DNA of 64,000 nucleotides from Perna viridis (taxonomy: Eukaryota): the NCBI GenBank assembly GCA_037379345.1, contig CM074512.1:59045597-59109596 (forward strand), written 5' to 3'. Positions 56,801 to 64,000 of this stretch are shown here, piece after piece. The notes beneath the pieces were generated by a model. It made no database searches, was not told where the DNA came from, and worked only from the letters and a program-made list of their open reading frames with translations. Made by a program: the position numbers and the translations under genes. Each line of letters starts with the position of its first letter. The stretch's first letter is position 1.

Positions 56801-59800
56801 TGTTACTTAAAAGAAGTGCCACCAGAGAAACATTTGTGGTAGAGAAAATGATTGAAAAAAATGACTGAAAACATAACATTTAATATCATTCTAAATTAAT
56901 ACAAAAATACTATATTATCATTGAAAATTTCATTATGCTGTACACGTTTCAATGAGTAACCTCTCATCAGCAGCATGGAATCAAAAACATAGGAAGATCT
57001 AAATCCGAAAATTATACAAGAAGTACTCAAAACCAGAACTAACAAAATAGGAAGCCAAACCCATCACCAAGAGGTTCTATCATATGCAATACAAGGAGTG
57101 AATCCTGAGTGTTTTAGGATTTTGGAAATTTGAAATACTGCAAATTTTGATAAATGAAATATAATACAATTCAGGATCAGATAAGTCCCAGTAAAAGTTC
57201 AACATACCAAATCTTCACTATCCCATCTTTGTCTGGCCTGATCATACTGATCTGGACCTGGCTGTAAAATAAACACAAGTTCAGATTAGCTACTGGGACA
57301 TTTACAATTTACTGCATCTTGCAAATTGTAATCACAATTCAGCATTATTTATGACTACTGCAAACAAAAAACAGAACACAATTAAGATGTTTAACGGCAG
57401 TTCAGAACTTACTTTCTAAAATTAAGTTAATGTTGGTTGCTGAAAGCAGTCTGTAAATCATCCAGCTTAAACAGTTTAATGCACAAACTTGTATAAATAT
57501 AATCTCCAAGCACTCTTACATGTACTTGAATGTACAAATTTTTTTTTGTCTTTTCTAGGTATAATGTGACATCAATGTAGTTGAGTTTTCTTTCCAGCAA
57601 CCTTAATTTTTTTTTCTAATTATCTGAACAAGGTGATCAATACTTTTTCTAAATCGTCTTTGCTCAGAAATTTTTACCCTTTTTTCCAACTTTTTTTTAA
57701 ATATCATTAAAAAAACTAATTATAATTTACAAAATAAACTTACCACAACTGATGATGAAGGTGAATTATTTACTGAAAAGATAAAAGTGTTAAAAATTAG
57801 AGAACAACTAAAAAAAATTAGACAGAAAGAAATTCGAGTTAAATTGTTTTGATAGTTGAAAGTAATTAAAACTAAATAATTTTACCTTCACAGAAAGTTA
57901 CCAAAGGTATTGAATTTTATCAACGAAGAACCAAACAAAGGTTAAAAAGCTGTACGATTAGAACATTTCATAATATTTAGAGAGTTTGGCATTAACAATA
58001 TTTACCATTCCATTCCAAACTATTTCTGGCAGCATTGTTTGCAGCTGACTTCTTTGAGGATATTCTTTGAGGAGCATTTACTACCACCTACAAACATATA
58101 AACACTATACTTATGGAACTTAAATTACAAAACAATATACATTTATAAGCTTTCATAATAATGTGGTAGATTACCATTATTTTCAACACTTGAAAAATCT
58201 TCTTTTCATTCCCTTTCTTCTTCAATAAATCTTGAAATGGAGCACTACAACACAGATTCAAGAACTTCCCATTAAATTAAGTATGTTTTAAAAAAGAATT
58301 GCAAGTGGGAAAAAAAATAGGTACTAGAGTTCTTACATCTTTTCTCTTGTTTTTATTATTTCTCCAGAAAATTTAACCAAAGTTAACAAGGTTCACTGGT
58401 GAAATCAAAAAAATAATTCTTTTTATTTCTTATAAATACAAACCCCTTCATCATCTTCATGTATTTCAAATGTATTTGTTGGGTTCCGTGATTTATCTAA
58501 GATTTCTTTAGTTAATCTACGACTTAGCTCATGGGAAAAGAATGGATGCTACAACAGAAGAAAATTCAGTTTATAATTCATTAATTGTAATTTTGATTGC
58601 TTCCTCTTTTTTTGGCCAGAAAATGTTACCTCCACAGAGATCTGTTAATACGATATTTATGCAAAAAATCACAATTTGATTACTATTTACAACTGACATA
58701 CCTTTTCTGACCGTATATAATATCTGGCAATGAACTAAAATAGAGAAACAATCTGGAAATCCACTAATTATGTAAATGTTTCTCTAGACTAGCCTTTTAT
58801 AATTTTAGCATTTAAGTAGTAGTCTAATTAAGAATCATGCAAATTCTGCAATATGTAATACACCAAAAAAAAAGGCTACTATTTTTGTTAATAAGTTGCT
58901 TTACAGGTCTATATAATGAAATGTACAATTATTCATTCCAAACTGTCTGTTCTAAGAAGATAATCAACACTGAAATCTAACAGTTTCTATTGTATTTTAG
59001 TGTCATTTACAGAGTTATGCCCTTTAATTATGAATTCTATGGTACTTTCTATATAATTTATATATCTTATGAACAGGGTTTATATGAAAAGCCAAATGGC
59101 ACAGACTGTTTACTTAGGCATTTTAAACAAAATAACAAAAATAAAAATATATTGGCTTTCAAACCATGAATCACATTTTGCATGATTCTTAGACGGAGTG
59201 CTACTTAAAGCAACAAGTAGGTAAGAGTCATGTGCAAAGTGATTTGCTGGATTCTTCAATGTAAAATTAAAGTTTCAAAGAATAAAGAAAACAATTTTAG
59301 TAATACAATAACCCATTCCCATATTATTTGGTTGGCTAAGTTATCTTTGTCATTGAACAGTCTACACTAAACCCATGAAAATCTAAAGAGTATCCACATT
59401 AAAACAGCTTATTTCAAGTTTTAAGCACTTCCAAATGCCTGGTTGAATTTATCTCCTTTTTATAATATTTATATCTGCAGACAGATAACATCACCTTTAG
59501 TACAAATATATTCCAAATCCTACACACATCCATTTTCAAAACAAGCATGCATCAATAACATGGATAACATTAAGTATCATGCTTTTGAATAAGGACATTG
59601 GTGCATACCTCCAATAACTTGTCAGCTGTTGGTCTCTTCTTTGGATTTTTTGTTAAAGCTACTTTGATGAAATGATGAAAGACTGGGGTCCTGAAATAAA
59701 GGACAGGTGATATATAAAAGTTTCAGTTTCGGTTCCCTGTCCTGACCCATTTCCGTTATTTAAAGCGCCAACAACCTTGACTGTTTCATAGTAGAAAAGA

Positions 59801-62800
59801 GAAACAAAAGTTCTTCATGTCAAAACAACTCAAATAAACAGCAGGAGGAGCCACAGGGCACACATTTGTTTCCACTTACCATAAGGATGGCACCCAATAA
59901 CTTATAAATGAGCCGACTGACTGAAATCAAATGGATACTGCTGGTAAACCCTGAGAATTTCGAGAAAAATGGAAAACTTATTGTACATTGTCAAAGGTGG
60001 GATATGATCCTGATAAGAACAGAAAGATTTTGTTGAAACTGCAACACCAAATTAAATGACAATTTGAATCTACAGAATGCCATAATAGATCAACAACATC
60101 TACTAATATTTTTTTTATTCATTTGAGGTGTATATGAACTTGAGGTAAACTTATTTGTTGCTTGAATCTCTCCTATTATGTTAAATTGACCCCGTATCAT
60201 ACTACCATACTGGCCTCCTTTTGAAATTTTCTGGAATGAACACTGCAGTTTCCTTTTTTGGAACACATTGGGTAAGCTATTAAAATTTCCCACAAGCGAC
60301 AAAAAATGATTTTGCTGATCACTGCTTGATACGACCGCAGTGGTCGAATCATGAACAATTGGGACAAGTATGGACACACCATTCAAGCATCATACAGCTA
60401 TGATTTGTAGCACAATTGGCTGTGTGGGCCTCTTATTTCAAAATGGTTGGGTCCGTAACCCCAAAAATCAATACCAACTTTTTTTTTGAGGTTTGAAACC
60501 TTGTTATTCAATTTTCAGGATTTGCCAACAAACATTCAAGTTACTGAATAAAACTGTCTACAGATGATGATGATGACGACAATAACATAGATGACAGCAC
60601 CATACTATTATAAGACTTCAAATTTTTTAAGGTTATATAAATATGAAATTTTCACACACTTAAAAATTTTAATGCAATTAATGCCATTAACAAAATCTAC
60701 ATAATTAGTAAGAGCTACAAGCATGTTAATCAATCAATTTTAGTGCATTTATCTACAAATAGTTGTCCTCAAAAAGAAAACATTATACACCATTAATCAC
60801 CAAATTTTAGTTTCTTACATGTATATACTGTGCCATAGAAGAATCTTATAGTAATATAGAACCTGTATGATAACTAGTACCTACCATTTAGATTTATCCT
60901 TTAATGTAGGAGGCTTAAAACCACTTTTGGACATCAGAAATAGAGCCCTGAAACAAAACAAATCAGGTTTGATACAGGTGTTCCAATACATTAATACTGC
61001 ATCAATATAAATAAAATAGAGATAAGAATAATTGTTTTAACTACGACCAAATTTCAATGAGAACAAACCAATGCCAGCCTGGGATTTTAACAATCCAGAT
61101 GCAAAACATGTTGAATACAAATATTAAAATATTGAAAACCAAAATAGGAACAGAACTTATGCCGTTGTGCTGTGATCAAGGTTTTGTTGTTGCTAGGAGA
61201 CAAAAAGTCTTTGTATTAAAAGGACATTATCAAAAAAAGCTGATTTTGCATATGTATTAAAAGCATTGTTCATCTGTGTTATCTGACCCCATGGCAGTAA
61301 CATTTTCAGAGGGCAGATAACATTATAGCCCTCTCTTGAGCTTCACTGATGTCATTTCAAACATTATTCAGTTTATTGGATTTTATTTTTAGTCTCAAGC
61401 CAGTAGATAGATAAAAATATCAGGCAGTAAGAACAATGGAAAAAGGATTTGTTGCCAATAAACATAATGGAGAGCAGTACTGCTGTAAGCACTGACGAAA
61501 GTGAAGAATCAACAAAACAACCACACACATTATCCACTAGCCTTTTACAATTTTTGTTTCAAAAGAAAAATTGTTAAATAATTCAATACTGATATAGAAA
61601 TATGCGATAAACAGATTAACACATAGCCTTTTTAATTTTGCCCTTTTATCGGACCTCGATTGATATCTTTCCTCAGGGCCAATATCAAGATTTCAAGGGC
61701 AATATTTTAAAGGCCATTTATTAATCTATAATTAATCAAGCCACCAAAATTTGTTTTGTTATTTAGCCTTTCACTTATTTGCAAGTACTTCTTTGGAATA
61801 CTTGTGAAATGATTGCTAACCATAGAACCTACTCATACCTCATAGGATGAAGGTCAAACATAGGAGGTTGCAATTCTGCAAATTCTATTGCTGTAATGCC
61901 TACAGCCCATATATCACACTGTTGGTTATAACCTCCTTTCCGCTCTACAGCTGCTACCTCAGGTGCCATCCTAAAAAAAAATCAAAACAAAGTGTCCAAT
62001 CTTGTCCTATCATATGTTATTATGATATAACTAATACAAGGGTTTGAAGTGCAACTTATGTTTCATAATGACATTACACTGTATATGAAAATATTCCTAT
62101 TGCGACTATGAGAAAAAAAAAAACCAGAAATTAGAAAACTTTTAAAATAAAAAAGATTTGTTTTCTGTGGCAAACTTTTTCTCACTAATAGGAAGAGTAA
62201 AACCACAGAAGTTGTCATAGAAACTGATGACTCAACCCTTTCTAATTCCATGCTGAGCGAGATCTTAAGTTTCATATACAGTACAATTCATAACAATAAA
62301 GGGTTGCAGAGATGTTGCAAAAAATTATAACAACCAGTTGTTATAGGATGGAGTTGGAAATTTACAGACAGTACAAACCATCAAACTGAAGCTGAACACA
62401 CATTTTTAAATTGTTCACATGAAAGGTTGATGAGATTTTAAGGAACGTAGACTTACAAAGCCCCCAAAAGGCAACAAAATTTAGCAGCACAAAATTTCAA
62501 ATAATTTCAAGTATGAGTTGCCAAGATTTATGTAACAAAATGTTATCAGACAGATGTACACAAGTGTGTACAGGTAAGGTGATTAAAAAATTTAAGACCA
62601 CCATTCTTATGTCATCTCCATATCTTAAAATCTTTACAGTTATCATTGTGTAAAATTCCTAAAACTCTCGAGCAACATAACAAAGATCTTTAATTATTAT
62701 ATCAGTTATGAGCTAAACTCTTCCTCATACAACAGTGAAATGTGTACGTGAAGGATTTCCCTGATAAAAACAACATCAATAATAATAGCATATGAAAGAA

Positions 62801-63971
62801 GGAAAATTAATTCTTACCAATATGGTGTACCAATGAAAGACTTTCGTTTACACATTGTGACTGTAATCTGTGCAGAAACTCCAAAGTCAGCTGGAAAAGT
62901 GTATTGAAGTTATTATGAGTCAATGTTTAGAATTATTCTAATATCACAGGAGACTTTTCAGGCATTGTGTATATAACACAAATTAATTCAATATACCTGA
63001 CTTGCATAAACAAATTCTAAACTAGAGCAGTTCACATATATATCGAACACACAGACAGTCCAAAACATATAAACCACAAAAATTTTGTTGTGTGGTTATA
63101 AAAATCAAAGTTGTATTGCAATACTAGAGCAAATGTAGAATATTGATTTATTCAGCAAATTGTATCCAAAACCTCAAAAAAGTAAACATGTAAGAATTAA
63201 GTATTAAAATACCTACCTAATTTTACATCACCTTCATCTGTTAGTAGTATGTTTGCACCCTGAATAGAATATAGGTAATGTTTCATTATAATAACCTATA
63301 TATTGTGCTATCATAAATACTTCTGAAGTCCATAATGGGATTAAGACAATTATCTGAACTATCAACAATTCAGTTTGACTATAATCACATGTAGTTTGAA
63401 TGTGATAAATCAATGAGCTACATCTTAATAAATGAACATTTTTTGTATGACATAGAAATACATAAAACCTACATCATTAAAATACTGTTAAACACTCATG
63501 AAATGGTTTCAGCCGTGTTAATTTGTCAATATGTCAGCAAGGCTGGCAAATAAGGAAGAAATGTTCAATTTGGTACACCTGGTACTGTTGAAAAAAAATT
63601 ACCTGGAATGTGATGTAAAATATGAAAGGAAATCACTGAAACTCTTGTTGTTAGCTAAAAAAAAAATTCTGCCCATCATGTGACACTCTTATTGATCACA
63701 TGACTAAACATGTCTAATTAGCATATATATAAATCTTTCAGAACCTTTTTCACATTAATAAATAACATGGTATTTTAGTATTTCAAGAAATGATAATTAA
63801 ACCCACAACCCTTCAGATGAGGCAGTGTCTATATTTTGATTGCCACTGAAACTTGACCAAAACATACCTTAATGTCCCTGTGCATCTTGCCTTTACTATG
63901 AAGATACTGTAATCCTTGTAATGTTTCTCTACATATAAAAGCTATCTGAGGTTCACTTAAGGGACCAGTTA
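14790..63971 (-). CDS. MAP4K3/MAP4K5: MAP4K3/MAP4K5-like (GCK-I, happyhour-type) STE20 kinase with CNH domain; 28 coding exons in window, 5' end beyond window
   Basis: Hand-spliced exons with GT-AG ends and consistent phases give [27 protein letters not shown], PxxPxK/R linker motifs, the CNH entry [24 protein letters not shown], and C-terminus [11 protein letters not shown]. Confidence 0.97.
15961..18200 (-). mobile_element. Decayed Penelope-like retroelement (RT pseudogene plus 3' UTR)
   Basis: Motifs [43 protein letters not shown]-like and FRYIDEV across frameshifted ORFs (17869-18051, 17105-17842). Confidence 0.9.
19260..20050. repeat. Degenerate ~160-bp tandem units (CTACACTTCA...TTTCAGAG), Helentron-like internal array
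   Basis: About 5 recurring units with shared motifs. Confidence 0.55.
20722..20918. mobile_element. Short TA-flanked MITE
   Basis: TA|CTGTAAA ... TTTACAG|TA. Confidence 0.55.
21051..21106 (-). CDS. MAP4K3/MAP4K5: MAP4K CNH exon: [18 protein letters not shown]
   Basis: 56 bp, tag/gtatgt. Confidence 0.95.
21442..21512 (-). CDS. MAP4K3/MAP4K5: MAP4K CNH exon: [24 protein letters not shown]
   Basis: 71 bp, cag/gtgagt. Confidence 0.95.
21887..21994. repeat. Perfect 54-bp tandem duplication
   Basis: TTTATTGAAGG...AATAACTAC twice. Confidence 0.95.
22973..23167. repeat. Foldback inverted repeat / small MITE
   Basis: Imperfect ~65-bp arms (TTCAAAC..ATTATTTTGAAATTT..TAATTTGTAAA / TTTACAAATTAA..AAATTCAAATAAT..GTTTGAA). 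Confidence 0.55.
23442..23963 (-). mobile_element. SINE-like non-autonomous retroelement, copy 2
   Basis: Highly similar inverted copy of 1919-2434; 10-bp TSD GTTAGGAACA (23432-23441, 23964-23973); (CAAA)n tail. Confidence 0.9.
25067..25622 (-). mobile_element. Helentron-associated non-autonomous element (HINE/DINE-1-like)
   Basis: Subterminal IR CTCACCTGG/CCAGGTGAG, 5' hairpin 25591-25617, 3' palindrome AGGCTCC-CA-GGAGCCT, A/T-rich insertion site. Confidence 0.75.
28068..28176. repeat. ~39-bp tandem repeat x3
   Basis: AGAAATCATTCTG(TC)TAAATATGG(A)AAAAATG three times. Confidence 0.9.
28885..29305. repeat. Dispersed repeat, second diverged copy at ~40820-41185
   Basis: Shared AAAATATCAACT.AAGTTATTT.ATTTCAA start and TCAAAGAGAAGA end with colinear internal motifs. 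Confidence 0.6.
31642..31990. mobile_element. MITE next to a MAP4K donor site
   Basis: TIR AATCCGAACTACTCGGCC / GGCTGAGGTGTTCCGATT. Confidence 0.55.
32013..32105 (-). CDS. MAP4K3/MAP4K5: MAP4K CNH exon: [30 protein letters not shown]
   Basis: 93 bp, cag/gtaagt. Confidence 0.94.
32765..32966. repeat. ~128-bp period duplication (Helentron-like internal unit)
   Basis: AAAAATCAGCAAAGC...ACTCACATACCAAAA twice. Confidence 0.85.
33256..33321 (-). CDS. MAP4K3/MAP4K5: MAP4K CNH exon: [21 protein letters not shown]
   Basis: 66 bp, cag/gtaagt. Confidence 0.94.
34070..34146 (-). CDS. MAP4K3/MAP4K5: MAP4K CNH exon: [25 protein letters not shown]
   Basis: 77 bp, tag/gtaggt. Confidence 0.93.
34218..35482 (-). 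mobile_element. Internally deleted hAT transposon retaining the transposase C-terminal dimerisation domain (ORF 34514..35053)
   Basis: TIR CAGGGTTTTTTCC / GGAAAATCCCTG; 8-bp TSD TATATATA/TATATATC; motif [23 protein letters not shown]. Confidence 0.9.
35677..35777 (-). CDS. MAP4K3/MAP4K5: MAP4K CNH exon: [33 protein letters not shown]
   Basis: 101 bp, cag/gtaaat. Confidence 0.93.
35935..36150. mobile_element. TTAA-flanked MITE (Kolobok-like)
   Basis: TTAA|GGATATGACTGTTATA ... TATAACAGTCATTCC|TTAT. Confidence 0.6.
36518..36680 (-). CDS. MAP4K3/MAP4K5: MAP4K CNH exon: [54 protein letters not shown]
   Basis: 163 bp, cag/gttggt. Confidence 0.94.
37036..37141 (-). CDS. MAP4K3/MAP4K5: MAP4K CNH exon: [35 protein letters not shown]
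   Basis: 106 bp, cag/gtaaac. Confidence 0.93.
37503..37563 (-). CDS. MAP4K3/MAP4K5: MAP4K CNH exon: [20 protein letters not shown]
   Basis: 61 bp, cag/gtaagg. Confidence 0.94.
38181..38260 (-). CDS. MAP4K3/MAP4K5: MAP4K CNH exon: [27 protein letters not shown]
   Basis: 80 bp, cag/gtaggt. Confidence 0.95.
39125..39209 (-). CDS. MAP4K3/MAP4K5: MAP4K CNH exon: [28 protein letters not shown]
   Basis: 85 bp, cag/gtaaaa. Confidence 0.95.
39814..40480. mobile_element. Tc1/mariner-pogo (Tigger-like) MITE
   Basis: TA|CAGTCAAACCTC..GCTCGAACT ... AGTTCGAG..GAAGTTCAACTG|TA. Confidence 0.8.
41196..41255 (-). CDS. MAP4K3/MAP4K5: MAP4K exon: [20 protein letters not shown]
   Basis: 60 bp, tag/gtaagt, conserved [10 protein letters not shown]. 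Confidence 0.95.
43902..44465 (+). pseudogene. DIRS reverse transcriptase domain (premature stop)
   Basis: YLDD and LPFGL motifs; stop after FLGEH. Confidence 0.9.
46341..46973. mobile_element. MITE with ~130-bp TIRs inserted into the DIRS tyrosine recombinase ORF
   Basis: TA|TAGTCAGCGTCACATAAATAAC... / ...GTTATTTATGTGACGCCGAGTA|TA; removal rejoins [21 protein letters not shown] in frame. Confidence 0.92.
47395..47780 (-). mobile_element. Penelope-like element 3' fragment
   Basis: Colinear with 15961-16345; reads [27 protein letters not shown]. Confidence 0.85.
48374..48631 (-). CDS. MAP4K3/MAP4K5: MAP4K proline-rich linker exon (PTPGYPEDD...PPDLPPK...[11 protein letters not shown])
   Basis: 258 bp, tag/gtaact; overlaps ORF 48257..48571. 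Confidence 0.9.
49507..49546 (-). CDS. MAP4K3/MAP4K5: MAP4K exon: [13 protein letters not shown]
   Basis: 40 bp, cag/gtaagt, PPPLPPK SH3-ligand motif. Confidence 0.9.
50146..51129. mobile_element. Non-autonomous hAT-like DNA transposon with 6-bp TSD
   Basis: TIR CAGGGATTGAAAATT / AATTTTCAACCCCTG; ATTGAT direct repeat on both sides. Confidence 0.8.
53000..53050 (-). CDS. MAP4K3/MAP4K5: MAP4K exon: [16 protein letters not shown]
   Basis: 51 bp, cag/gtaagc, phase 2 to 2. Confidence 0.75.
54953..54991 (-). CDS. MAP4K3/MAP4K5: MAP4K exon: [13 protein letters not shown]
   Basis: 39 bp, cag/gtataa; resembles the MAP4K3 linker motif SLLKSVEEEL. Confidence 0.85.
56371..56429 (-). CDS. MAP4K3/MAP4K5: MAP4K exon: [19 protein letters not shown]
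   Basis: 59 bp, tag/gtaagt, phase 0 to 2. Confidence 0.8.
56935..56976 (-). ncRNA. Degenerate minimal type I hammerhead ribozyme (retrozyme/Penelope-like relic)
   Basis: Minus strand AUGCUG-CUGAUGA-GAGGUUACUCAUU-GAAAC-GU-GUA-CAGCAU: perfect 6-bp stem I, both core boxes, GUA cleavage triplet, imperfect stem II. Confidence 0.6.
57208..57261 (-). CDS. MAP4K3/MAP4K5: MAP4K exon: [18 protein letters not shown]
   Basis: 54 bp, cag/gtatgt, open in phase 0. Confidence 0.75.
57744..57772 (-). CDS. MAP4K3/MAP4K5: MAP4K small exon: (V)NNSPSSSVV
   Basis: 29 bp, ttttcag/gtaagt; needed to restore phase 1 to 0. Confidence 0.75.
58006..58087 (-). CDS. MAP4K3/MAP4K5: MAP4K exon: [27 protein letters not shown]
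   Basis: 82 bp, tag/gtaaat, PxRIxS motif of the family. Confidence 0.85.
58444..58548 (-). CDS. MAP4K3/MAP4K5: MAP4K exon: [35 protein letters not shown]
   Basis: 105 bp, tag/gtttgt, HPF end of kinase domain. Confidence 0.92.
59609..59690 (-). CDS. MAP4K3/MAP4K5: MAP4K exon: [27 protein letters not shown]
   Basis: 82 bp, cag/gtatgc, kinase subdomain XI. Confidence 0.95.
60885..60947 (-). CDS. MAP4K3/MAP4K5: MAP4K exon: [21 protein letters not shown]
   Basis: 63 bp, cag/gtaggt. Confidence 0.95.
61839..61970 (-). CDS. MAP4K3/MAP4K5: MAP4K exon: [44 protein letters not shown]
   Basis: 132 bp, tag/gtatga, GCK-I signature. Confidence 0.96.
62818..62890 (-). CDS. MAP4K3/MAP4K5: MAP4K exon: [25 protein letters not shown] (activation loop)
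   Basis: 73 bp, cag/gtaaga, DFG motif. Confidence 0.96.
63217..63259 (-). CDS. MAP4K3/MAP4K5: MAP4K exon: [14 protein letters not shown]
   Basis: 43 bp, cag/gtaggt, phase 0 to 1. Confidence 0.95.
63868..63971 (-). CDS. MAP4K3/MAP4K5: MAP4K exon: [34 protein letters not shown]
   Basis: tag acceptor, gtatgt donor, catalytic HRD motif. Confidence 0.95.
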
Positions 63972-64000
63972 CTATAACATAAAAATACACCTCATAGGAC

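Overview
AT-rich, intron-rich animal genomic DNA. The repeat families resemble a bivalve mollusc such as Mytilus (inference from recalled repeats, not a database result). Most ORF-track ORFs are spurious. The minus strand carries a GCK-I STE20 kinase gene (MAP4K3/MAP4K5/happyhour type). I traced 28 coding exons by hand with GT-AG boundaries and consistent phases, from mid kinase domain (63971) through the proline-rich linker and CNH domain to the stop at 14790; the 5' end lies beyond the window. About 10 kb downstream on the same strand a CDKL1-type kinase gene begins, matching the human MAP4K5-CDKL1 and MAP4K3-CDKL4 arrangement. CDKL has two tandem paralogous copies of its first coding (N-lobe) exon; the second is divergent and would be a stop-codon 'poison' exon if spliced after the first. 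Introns and intergenic DNA hold a decayed DIRS retrotransposon whose recombinase is split by a MITE, Penelope-like RT fragments, an internally deleted hAT, several MITEs, Helentron-like repeats, LINE scraps, two TSD-flanked copies of a ~520-bp SINE-like element with a structured non-tRNA head, and a degenerate minimal hammerhead ribozyme on the MAP4K sense strand.
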